Part shown: positions 1 through 10,400 of the stretch, piece after piece
How positions within the stretch are numbered: position 1 is the stretch's first letter
How the letters are laid out: every line of letters starts with the position of its first letter
Assembly (NCBI GenBank): GCA_020137815.1
Contig: CM035359.1
Span: 4,588,001 to 4,652,000, forward strand
Length of the DNA: 64,000 bases
Direction of reading: 5' to 3'
DNA from: Hormiphora californensis
Taxonomy: Eukaryota; Animalia; Ctenophora
Position numbers and translations under genes: made by a program
Notes under the pieces: generated by a model
What the model saw: the letters and a program-made list of their open reading frames with translations, nothing else
Told to the model about the DNA's origin: nothing
Database searches by the model: none

Positions 1-387
1 TGTACATTTCCCCGGATCGAACACCGGAGGAAAGAAATGTAAGGAAACAGTTGGTAGATCGGCTGAAACAAATGGCTAAGAGGTATCCTGACAAACACTA
101 CATAATCCGTGGGAATGAGGTGGTTGAGGGTACCTGATTTGAATATTGTGGGAGTGCCGATGGGGTATGCTAGAGTATAAAACAGTGTGTAACACGAACT
201 TTTATCTACAGTGATAGACTATTAACTCAATCTCGATTTAAGGAAGCCGCTTTAGAAAGTTCTTAACTATCCATAAAGGTTTATCTTTTTGTAAGTGTTA
301 GTTTGTAATATATATTACAAACTAACACTTACAAAAATGTGCTAAAAAGCGGGATAATAAGTGTTAATTGATGATGATGATGATGAT
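1..387 (+). mobile_element. 3' part of a LINE-derived element: ORF1-like C-terminus directly followed by an L2-type tail and (GAT)n
   Basis: 3-137 encodes YISPDRTPEERNVRKQLVDRLKQMAKRYPDKHYIIRGNEVVEGT*, resembling CR1/L2/Jockey ORF1p C-termini. It is followed by gccgctttaga...aaagcgggataataag and (gat)6; no ORF2. Confidence 0.6.
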
Positions 388-685
388 AGCTTTACCCAAC
401 GTCGCCCAAGGGTGATCACTCCAGTCGAACACAGAAATCTCCGAATCGGCTACATAGCGGCGAAGTTTTCACGTGATGAGTTTCTGGAACAGCACTGCAC
501 CTCCATGACATTGATCTCTTAAATTCGCACCTTGACATTGTCAGGAAGCCCAGAGCGTACAGTACAACATGGGTAGGGAAAAAGTGAGAGATAGGCTAGG
601 AACGGATGGTGCATGTGATGTCAGCGTTCCCTAATCCAGCTACCATTTCCCCGAAATTCGCCCGTAGGGCGAACGGGCCTACTAG
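385..685 (+). mobile_element. Non-autonomous Helitron copy (3' half; interrupted by the upstream LINE derivative)
   Basis: Closely matches the 3' half of the copies at 20383, 34415 and 50092; ends with the TTCGCCC-gta-GGGCGAA hairpin and CTAG|T. Confidence 0.8.
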
Positions 686-829
686 TACTAAATATACATT
701 TTTCGGGTATGGAACAACTTTGTCTAAAATACATGGTGTGTACAAATCAATGAATGGTTTTGTAATACAACATTTGTATCTCATTCGATTTATTCGACCC
801 TATAAATCATATATCGTATCACATCTCAC

Positions 830-3800
830 CGGCTGTAACGAAATAAGATGGAACAAATGCAATCAGGACAATGATCGCAATAATCTGTGCAAAACAAATG
901 TATCGAGCTTCCTGGAAGTTGGATGGAAGTTTCCGAACTTGGTAGCTGAGAACTGTACTGAGCACCATGAAACACATTACATATCCAACGGGTGCGGACA
1001 GGGCTATTATTGTGTCTTGTTCCGTGGCACCGGAACACACTACCAGCACTGACCTGAAGGGAGTGATATTGTTTTGTTCAAACATGGGGTCGAGCAAGGC
1101 AAATGGGGGACGGGTTTTCATGGGGCGATCAATCAGGGGAGAAGGTCAATTTTTCTTTATTTTACTTAGTTTGGAAAATACAAACACATCACTCACCCTG
1201 AGATGCTGTAATCAGTTTTCTGTTTGAGAGGGTAGAAAATGATGATAAACATCAGAATCATCATTTGGAGAAAAACCAGCACCATACACAACATACTCTG
1301 CCATACAGGGAGGAGGTATCTTGGGGGCCTGCCAGCGCTGCTTTTAGACTGGGAAACAATGTTAGGGACAGTGTTAGGGACAATGTTAGGGACAATGTTA
1401 GGGACAATGTTAGGGACAATGTTAGGGACTATGTTAGGAACTATGTTAGGAACAATGTTAGGGACAATGTTAGGGACAATGTTAGGGACAATGTTAGGGA
1501 CAATGTTAGGGCAATGTTAGGCCAGCTCTGCTCTTCGAAAAAAATAAATTATTTTGATTCAGGGCTAACTCATCAAGTTCCCTTGAGTCAATGAACTTCA
1601 CACATCCATTCAAGGGCGACTCGACCTACTTGAAAGAAGAGCGCATAGACCCGGGCTGTTTTTAGGAATATAGGTACAATGGTCATCGTACCAAACAGGT
1701 TCCCGCTCACCAGCTGCAACTGAAACAATATTGTTCCATTAATAATAATTAATTAACTGGATAATTTACTGGAATATAAATCACAAAATCTGAGATAGAC
1801 TACTGAGGTTTCAAAACTGGGTCTCCGGTGTAGCCATACATATTTGAACGTAGTAAATTAAATAGGGGAAAACAGTCGTGCCTAAACCTGAGGTTCAGCT
1901 GCACGACTGTTTTCCTCCATTACATGCAGGAACTGAATCTTCTGATGTCTTACCAAACAGAGGGAGTCTGTAGGAAGACCTATTGAGAGGAATGAAGAAA
2001 TGAAGCCAACTAGGAGACCAACTAACATGACCATACACAGCTCTTTACTGCTCGCTTTTACCAGAGGAGTATCCCTGCAGAAAAGTGTTCGGAATTAGAA
2101 ACCAATTTACCACTCTTTATTAGCTTGCATTGGTTTGGGCACGTCCCTCGGGCCCTTTTTGTTCACGCCCCCATAGATCGCTCCCCTCTACGGAGCTTGG
2201 CTGCCACGGGGCCAATGCATTGCAGTGGACTATCTAAAATACCTGTATTTAATGAAGACTACAATGGTGCCGGTTGTCATGACAATACCAATTATACCCA
2301 TTATAATTAGTATAATTGAGGCAGGGTGATCCACTCGCAGATAAGTCGGTGGGATCTCCTGACAAGCCGTTTTGTTATTTACTGCCCTGAAAACAGTCAT
2401 TACGGATTCTTTTAATTAATTAATTGATTAATTAATCAAGCAGCTTTTAAAACATGCAGGCCTTAATTGATCACACGACATAATTTTACGAATGTTGCAA
2501 ATAAGGGTATGATATCTTACTCGAATCCGGGACCACATTTGATACACTGGAGGGCGTTAGTTTCATTGGTAATGGATGTATCATCGCACTCTACACACGA
2601 CCAACAAGTTGGCAGTTCCTGCAGGAATGATATATTGGATAACTACTGGTAATACTCGTGGTAACTAATGACAACTAGTGGCAACTAGTGAGTAGTGACA
2701 ACTAGTGGCAACTAGTGGTTACTAGCTAGTGGTAACTAGTGCAGTGGTAACTAGCTAGTGGTAACTAGTGGTAACTAGTGGTAATTACCACTAGTTAACT
2801 AGTGGTAACTAGTTGTAACTAGTGGTAACTAGCTAGTGGTAACTAAAATTCTTACCCCAGGGAGTTTCTTGCTTCCCAGAGGGCAATCCAAGCTGCAACT
2901 GGATTGAGGAACTTCAAGTTGTGAAAATGGGATCAGAGGGTCGTCCAGCATGATGCCCGTCTTGTTCCAGACCCCGATATCGTGGAGAGATGCCGTTATC
3001 GGATCTGGATAGGAGGGAGTTAGGATCTGCTGTGTAGCATGTGTGTGCCTAGAAGTGTGCCATGTGAGAAAAAGGGGGCTTCTTGAAAGAGATATCATTT
3101 GATGTTTTTATCGTGGTAAAATTTTGGTTACGAAATAACTGCGCTGGCAAGGGGTTACTTCGTAACCAAGGTAAAATTTAGGTACTGAAAGAATTAATAA
3201 AAGTTTCATGCACCCTGTCCCTGCATTGAAGGGCTTGTGTAAAAACAACAAAGTCTTAACTTATTTCAACTCGTCTGTTAGTGTCTGTCTGTCTGTCTGT
3301 CAGCTAGAGAATAGGAAGGTCAGCTAGAGAATAGGAAGGTTAAAATATGTGGTTTCATTCGTGCATGCCATGCTGAATCGAGCAAGTAAAGCTGCAGTAT
3401 AAAGATGGTTAGCATAAATTCTCTGAAAATTTAAAGTTACCGAGCTAGCACATTACAGGCCCCAGAGTATTAAAATAATGCAGATAAAGATTCAATGACA
3501 TTTAAAGAATTCATCAGGGGCCGTGTTTTCATGCAATCATCTTAAATTGATTTGTCGTTCATTCTGTCGGTCAGTAATAATGATTTGTTTTTACTGTTCG
3601 TCCGGAGTACATACTTTCAATATTTAGCAAGTTTGTATTCTGCAGTTAGTTTGTTAGTTTGATTTCACGTTCACATCACATGACACACAAACACACAAAC
3701 ACGAATGATAAGATATTACTGAAAAGAAAGAGCTTTCGGCCTACCTCTAGAATTAAATATCTCCCCATGGCCTGGTATTATGTGGAATCAATGATGGACA

Positions 3801-6800
3801 TCATATGACAATATCACGGTTCGGAAAAACAAAAACTATTAAATTGATGGTAACATGGTAACGTAGCGTGGTTACCATAGTTACAACATTAACTATAATA
3901 ATATAATACTAACATGGTAACATGGTAGCGTGGTTGCTATAGCAACAATATAACCTACCCTCATGGTTCACCAGATTTCGAATGTTTGCAGTCAGTAGAG
4001 TTAGAATACTGTACATTGCTTCAAAGTCACCCGTTGAACTATCGAACCGAACCTCATCCCTTGTTCTTGTTTTGTACTCCTCTAGTTGAAATAAGGGGGG
4101 TTATCGTACCTTAACATGCAGTCTCGAGGACCCTGATTTACCGGGGTGTTGAGAGGGAACCGGAAAGAATGTTTTGTCCGGTAAATCAGGGTCCGACTTA
4201 GTGAAAGGAAATTCTTTCCTCTGCCAACGATATTTATTGGTTGAAGCTGGTTTTATAACAGAATAGTTCTCTGTCAAAAGTCATCAGTATAAATGGCTCA
4301 AGGTGTTCCACACAAGAATGAGCAGTGAGCACTTTTGAGTTCACACTATACATGCAGCATGCAACATGCGATAGTATTCACGAAGTAGATCAGTTAACCA
4401 TGCTACACATTATGTCTATTCGGCGAGTGTGAGAGCTGACAGACTGGGAACATGTCAACCAAAAGTACGAGAATACAACATGGCTTAGACATGATACATG
4501 CGATAGGATTTCAGAGTTTTAACCCTTAGCTAAATAAAGGTACATTCACACAGCTAAAGCATGTGTACAATGGGGGAAAACAGTCGTGTACTCTCATGAA
4601 TCTCAGGTCTCAGGGGTAAATAGCCGTGACCTGAACCTGAGGTTCAGTAACGACTGATTTCCCACAGTATACACGACGTGTATTTCACAGAGTATTCACA
4701 CACATAGCTAGTACTGCCGCACACCTTTAGACAATGTCTTCACAACTTCAGTCATGTGAACTGGCACTACCCCTGCACACGTGGGAGAGGAAGAATACGT
4801 TAAAGAAAGGCAAGCGAGATAAAACACAGAGTACCACAAAGTCACACTGAGAATTTGGGATCACTGTTCACATGTATCGAGAAAGGGCAGCTGAGAGGAA
4901 CAAGAATCTTCTGCTTTAATTAGTGGTCATACACGAAGATGCTAAACTATATTCATTATTCGTGTCAAAATCATACGTGCAAACGAATGCTAATTAAAAA
5001 CACATGTGTTATGTGGCATAAAACATGGCTAACCTAGTAAGCGCATGAAGTAATAATAATTGTCATGAAATGATCAGGGCTCTCATTTCATGATAACTAT
5101 CATTATTTCCCCTCGAGGAGAGATGTAACGATTACTATGACTATGGCTCATGCAACTATGGCTCATAGAATCTATGAGCCATAGATGCACACAACTGACC
5201 AATCGGTAAGCTGCGAGATATAACGATTAGATTATATACCTGTGATGAGTTTGTTGTAAAGACAGCTTCCAAGAGGGGAGTTCCTCAAGTAGAACAAATC
5301 TCCTGCTCCCTCCGTATTATGTATAGGCTTGGCTTTCTGGAAAGAGAAACCCAGTATAACCATATATGGGCAATAAACATAATTCCTTATAAAGGCATAT
5401 GTGACTCACCAAGACACACGCGTCAAGATCTTCTGAAGTATTCCTTGGGAAGACCATGCGGTGTAAAGTGTGGGCGAGAGCATCAACTGCCAGCAGGACG
5501 GGCTCCTCGTAAGGGCCCTGCAAATGTAGAGACATATGTTTTGTACACATAAATATCGGAGGGGGGGGGGCGGGGTTCTAAAACACTTGACTTGACTTAA
5601 AATTGACTTAAAACTTAAAAGGCGGATTCAAAACCATGTCTTTTTACCTGCATGGGTAAAAACACCTAGTGCACTACTCTGCAATGTACCTGTTCGTAAA
5701 CAGTGCCTGTGCAGTTGTCCTCATTTCCCCCGCAAAACTCGTTCTTGTAGTAGTAAGAGAACCACGGATTAGACGTTTTTGAAGGAGTTAGTGACCTATT
5801 ACAGGGATTAGGTGTTTTTAAAGGAGTTATTATAGTGACCTGGATTACATGGAGAGATTACAGACGTTTTCAGTACAATGTAATCTATATGCTCCGGTCA
5901 ATCCAAAATAAAACTTCTACATTTGATTGCCTGCAATCTGGTGCAATCTACAAATTGATAAAATGTGTACTAGTTCACACACCGGCTACTAAGATTAAAA
6001 AGAAATCCGCTACATAAATGCATGTTTGAAAAGTATATGGCTCGAACAACAAACACACCTGTAATAATCAATGAAGTCGTGAATAGGGAAAGTCTTGATT
6101 TTTAGTCCAATGTAGTTGCCAATCCGTGACGAGTTGAAATGTGTAATGATACTTGGTTCACTTCCCCAAGACTCGGAGGCGATCCATGTAATCCCTTCAA
6201 ACATCCTCTTGTTTCTTTTCTGCATGGTAAAATAGAATGACATACTATCTACGGAACGTTTGAGGACACATTGAGGACACATTGGGGACACTGGACACAT
6301 TTAGGACACATTCGGGAGATGTTGAGGGGGTGATCCCTGTATTGATCTCACGTGGTTCGAAGTTTGGTCAGGCATAGAAGACTCGGGATGTTACAAAGGT
6401 GAACAAATTTCAATAGCAAAACAGACGTTTCGGCGTAAAATAGCCCTCATCAGTGAAAGAAATAAACAGCCGCTAAACCCAGAGTATGACCCCATCCGAT
6501 GTCAGATTTCAGAGGTGGTGCAACCACTAATTGCTAGAAACAGTTCTAATTAGGATTCGAGTGTCAAGTGTCGGGCTATAAATGTGTGTCACTATGAACA
6601 GTTTATTTCTTTCACTGATGAGGGCTATTTTACGCCGAAACGTCTGTTTTGCTATTGAAATTTGTTCACCTTTGTAACATCCCGAGTCTTCTATGCCTGA
6701 CCAAACTTCGAACCACGTGAGATCAATACAGGGATCACCCCCTCAACATGTCTCTACCACGGACGGTGTCATCAGCCCTACACAGCTGATCCAGAGAACA

Positions 6801-9240
6801 TTCGGGAGAGGGGGAAAAAAGTAAAACCCAACTGAAACACAAACCTCCAATCTGACAGCGCTCTCCACCACTGCTTGAGCGTATTCCCTGGTTGCGAAGA
6901 GTATTATAACGGTTGCCGGGTAACGGTTGATGCTCGTGGCATTCTTTTGGAGGGTCTGTTTCAGAATCTGCAGCAGAATTAGGGGGTTATTGGTTAGTGT
7001 CATCATGGTCATTGGTTAGTGTTTCAAAATCTAGCTAAAACATCTCATGAAGTAGCTGGCTAGTTAAGTGGCACCATGCCAGACCCCGATTCGTTTCTCA
7101 AATGACAGAGCGCTCAGATGGGGTTCGTGGCACCAGACAGCTGACCAGTGGCCACTGTTTGTTAGTCAAATGGCACCTCGGGGGTACCTCCCCATTTTGA
7201 TTTTCAGATCGGTGACGGGACGCCACACAAACAACAATTTTCTCTATTGCTCCTCCTCTGGTTGTGCGTAGTACCTCATCAATTTGAGAGGGATCACTGG
7301 ATTGCTGGAGTCCTTGGTACCTATCAATATAGATACCCCTGTCGTTCAGACTCGTCTTCAGAACACTTGCTCCCTGTAAGGTTTCGCGATTATAATTACT
7401 CCAAGATTAATTAATTATTGCTTCTCAGTCCAGTGAGTTCATCCAATTCATTGCTGATTAAAATGTATTGCTGAGTTAGTCTTACCTCTGATCCGTAAAG
7501 TTCGGGAGAATGGATAATAGAGACGAAACTCCACTTGTAGTATGCCACAAGGTCGACCATTGCCTTTACCTGCAAGATCGGGTTCAATATCAATTCAAAG
7601 GAAATTGATTGGATCCAACCAAAAATTAAATATGCCGACGGAGAGATAAAACGAGGAAGACGAGGTTTCAACGATACATAATTGTCACTGGTGTTTATAT
7701 TAGTCAGAAAATTCCCTTTAAAACATTACAGAAAACCCTATAAGAATTATGGGTCATTATGATATGATTCCCGAAACAAGTATGTATTTAGTTATTACCT
7801 GGAACTCGTCGGAGGGAACAGTTCTTGCAAAGTAGCGGAACCTGTTTTGATCCGATAGGATGCTGGAAGTGGCAGCATATGTTATCATCGGATAGGACAG
7901 GGAACCTGCGGAAAATAGAATGTGTTTTCATTCTAACTCGATTGAGGCAATTGTCTGGGGCACACCTCGATCCTTTCTTTCACCCAGAAGAGAGTGCTCT
8001 CTCCTAGTTAAAGTAACAATCTCACTCGACTACCCTCCCCAAGTTCTGTTCGACCTATAAAACTCACCCAGAAGAGAGTGCTCTCTCTAGTTAAAGTAAC
8101 AATCTCACTCGACTACCCTCCCCTGTTCGACCTATACTCACCCAGAAGAGAGTGCTCTCTCCTAGTTAAAGTAACAATCTCACTCGACCCTCCCCTGTTC
8201 GACCTACTCACCCAGAAGAGAAGCAAGATGGACAGCTACTTTGCTGCTTCCAGGTCCCACGACACCAAACACGTTCCGAGCAGCGAGCTCCAGGGCCTGG
8301 ACACTTGCCATAGGGGCATTACTGAAGGAATCTCGTATCTCAAAACCTAAAGGAAGACATTTGTTAGAATTCTTGCCATGTGGTTGCCATGAATGACAAT
8401 AGCCAGAAGCAGCCATTATATAACTTCGTTTGGCAGAGGATTAGGGAATTTTGGTGCTTCAAACTCCTAATTCCCGAAGCCCCCTCCCCTCCCTCTGTTT
8501 CTTTAACTTAGGTTTCAGCCTTTGAGTCTATTCAAAGGCACACAGAAAGCCTATTTTCTTGATTACATTGCCAAAATCAAATCAATCCCTCTGAAACCTA
8601 TTATAGTGCATATAATTTCCCCCGATATATCATTGCAGCACAATCGGTGAGAGGTATAATATAAACATGAATGGTGGTCGACCCACAAACATTTGGAGCT
8701 ATGTTGAAATGTTATTTACCAGGAACCGATCGAAACAAGTAAACAACCAATCAGAACTCGTTATTTAGGTCACGTGACTGGTTATCAGCCAATCAGGGAC
8801 CAGTATTTCCTGATTTGGTCGGTTCCTGTTATTTACCTAGTGTAATGCCGGGAAGAACATCCGGGTCCTCATTTATCCGGTCAATTGTCCATGCCATCAC
8901 TTCAGCAAGAGCAACGTTTCGTGTCCTAATGTTCCCTCTACCTTTATCTATCTCTTGGAGCGGAAATAAACCTGAAAAAATTTCGAGGTTAAAATAAAAA
9001 AGTTCTGAATTCTGAAATCTATGCGGATATTCACAATAAAATAACTCGTATAAAAAGGATAACTTCAATAATCATCTCTTACCTCCGATAATGACATCCC
9101 CCGGCTTGCTATACACCGTGATATTGGTATAATGATCGAAGCTATCGCCATACGTCTCACCAAGCTCGCAGATAGAACACTGGAGGGGTGCTGCCAATCC
9201 AACACTGCAACAATAAGTTGTCAGAAGGGTTAGAAAGGGG
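830..9240 (-). CDS. Class C GPCR (metabotropic glutamate / Ca-sensing / amino-acid receptor family): signal peptide, Venus flytrap, Cys-rich domain, TM1-TM6; partial at both ends
   Basis: Hand-spliced GT-AG exons with consistent phases, in transcript order: ~9240-9083, 8971-8837, 8346-8212, 7905-7799, 7569-7486, 7373-7275, 6967-6845, 6219-6059, 5795-5690, 5517-5410, 5336-5240, 4772-4725, 4081-3959, 3004-2856, 2618-2521, 2386-2243, 2074-1954, 1719-1630, 1348-1197, 1053-830. Family motifs: PGDVIIGGLFP, INEDPDVLPGITLGFEIRDS, GVVGPGSS, ITYAATS..LSD..RFRYFARTVPSD, WIASESWG, NPWF, AVDALAHTLH, PQSSCSLDCPLG, DTPLVKASSKELC, KTARVY, RKLPSNFQEARYICF. The start Met lies in low-quality sequence above 9240; no TM7 exon was found in 1-829. 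Confidence 0.95.
1356..1521. repeat. 12-bp minisatellite (ACAATGTTAGGG) x~14
   Basis: Direct reading; ends a few nt from the GPCR acceptor site at 1349. Confidence 0.95.
2650..2845. repeat. Degenerate 10-bp repeat (AACTAGTGGT)n filling a GPCR intron
   Basis: Direct reading. Confidence 0.85.
6420..6457 (-). ncRNA. Second (antisense) copy of the hammerhead ribozyme motif
   Basis: Exact reverse complement of 6611-6648; lies on the GPCR pre-mRNA strand. Confidence 0.7.
6611..6648 (+). ncRNA. Minimal type I hammerhead ribozyme motif
   Basis: ca-CTGATGA-g-GGC-tattttac-GCC-GAAA-CGTC-tg: conserved core, stem II, GUC cleavage triplet; stem I is short. Confidence 0.7.
7981..8220. repeat. Three 65-85-bp tandem units overlapping an exon/intron junction
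   Basis: Unit cacccagaagagagtgctctctcctagttaaagtaacaatctcactcgac... Confidence 0.9.
8720..8828. mobile_element. 109-bp hAT-type MITE (CAGGAACCGACC TIR, 8-bp TSD)
   Basis: TSD ttatttac at 8712-8719 and 8829-8836. Family copies at ~18353-18449 (partial), 31341-31449, 39464-39572, 43487-43615, ~46478-46554 (partial), 47521-47629. Confidence 0.9.
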
Positions 9241-10400
9241 GTAACCCGGGAAAAAAGGGGGGGTTTTAAAAGGGAGGAAAGGGGGGTGGGGGGAAATGGG
9301 GGGGGGGGTTTTTAAAATTATTTGGTTTTTTTTGGTTAAGGGGTTATGGGTTTTTTTTGTGGGGGGGGGGGGCTTTGGGGGGGGTTTTTTGTAGGAGAGG
9401 GGGGGGGAGGGGGGGGGGTTGGGGTTTTTGGGGAGGGGGTTTGGGGGGGGGGGGGAAAAAAGGGGGGGGGGTTTTTTTTTTGGGGGGGGGGGGGGGAAAA
9501 AAAGGGGTTTTGGGAAAAGGGGGGGGGGGAAAAAGGGGGGGGGAAATTTTGGGGGTTTTTTGGGGGCCCGGGAGGGGGTTTTTTCCCCCCCCAAAACCCC
9601 GGGGGGGAAAAAGGGGGGGGGGGAAAGGGGGGAAAGGGGGGGGAAAAAAAAGATAAGGGGGGGGGCCCGGGGAAAGGGGTTAGTTGGGGGTTTTTTGGGG
9701 GTTTTGTTTAGGGGGTTTTTCTGGGGGGGAAAAAGGGGGGGGGGGGTTTTTTGGGGAGGGGGGGGGAGGGGGAAAAAGGGGGGGTGGGGGGGGGTTTTTT
9801 GGGGGTTTTTTTGGGGGGGCCCCTAATTACCCTTTCCCCCCTTTTTCCCCCCCCTTTTTTTTTTTTTTTTAAAAGAGGGGTTTGGGGCATTCGCCCCTGG
9901 GGATTGAGAGGGGTTTTTTTCCCCAAAGGGGAGCGGGGAGGGAGGTTTGGGGGGATGGGGGGGGGGGAGAGGGGAGAGAGAGAGAGAGAGAAAAAGAGAG
10001 AGAGAGAGAGTGGATAAGAGGAATAGAAAGGTGAGTAGGGAAGAGAAAAAGGGCAGTTTGCTTTTTCTCTTCTTTATCCAAAACACCCCTCACTTGCGAG
10101 ACAGGGGGACGAGAGAAAGAAAAGGAGTAAGAGACAGAGATAGAGAGAAAAAATAAGATCAAAAATTAAAAGTTTTTTCGTTTGGGTTTTTTATGGAACA
10201 GCCTAATTCGGGGAAAATTTCCCTCGATTTAGATTTTTGTTTTTGGTGTACCAAAAAATTACATTCCGCCGTATTTATCGTCACAGTGCTTAACAATAGT
10301 AAAGAGAAGGGGGATCCAAGGGGATGCGGACCCCGATGCTCGGGGGAAAAGGTACCGGTAAATCGGGGTCCGGCCAGCTTTCAAAATTATGTGTATATGG
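9240..10400. other. Low-quality homopolymer-inflated sequence (similar stretches at ~40480-43480 and ~60800-62900)
   Basis: Almost entirely G/T/A/C runs; known MITEs appear garbled within such stretches (e.g. ~10327, ~42000). Confidence 0.8.

Larger units (their letters stand above)
6319..6749 (+). mobile_element. Penelope-like retroelement 3' remnant with inverted pseudo-LTR (149-bp perfect inverted repeats), in a GPCR intron
   Basis: 6319-6467 is the reverse complement of 6601-6749. The spacer encodes ...PLNPEYDPIRCQISEVVQPLIARNSSN* (loosely like PLE ORF ends). Each arm carries a hammerhead core. Confidence 0.75.

Noticed and set aside
740-800. Candidate next GPCR exon after 830
   Set aside because: The intron would be ~30 nt and the frame stops without a TM7 motif; the TM7 exon is presumably left of the window.
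606-1227. Plus-strand ORFs of 148 and 86 aa
   Set aside because: Antisense shadows of GPCR exons plus the Helitron end.
9157-10162. Gly/Pro/Lys/Phe-rich ORFs and apparent G-quadruplex region
   Set aside because: Homopolymer-inflated low-quality sequence; translations are artefacts. The same applies to ~41450-43480 and ~60800-62900.
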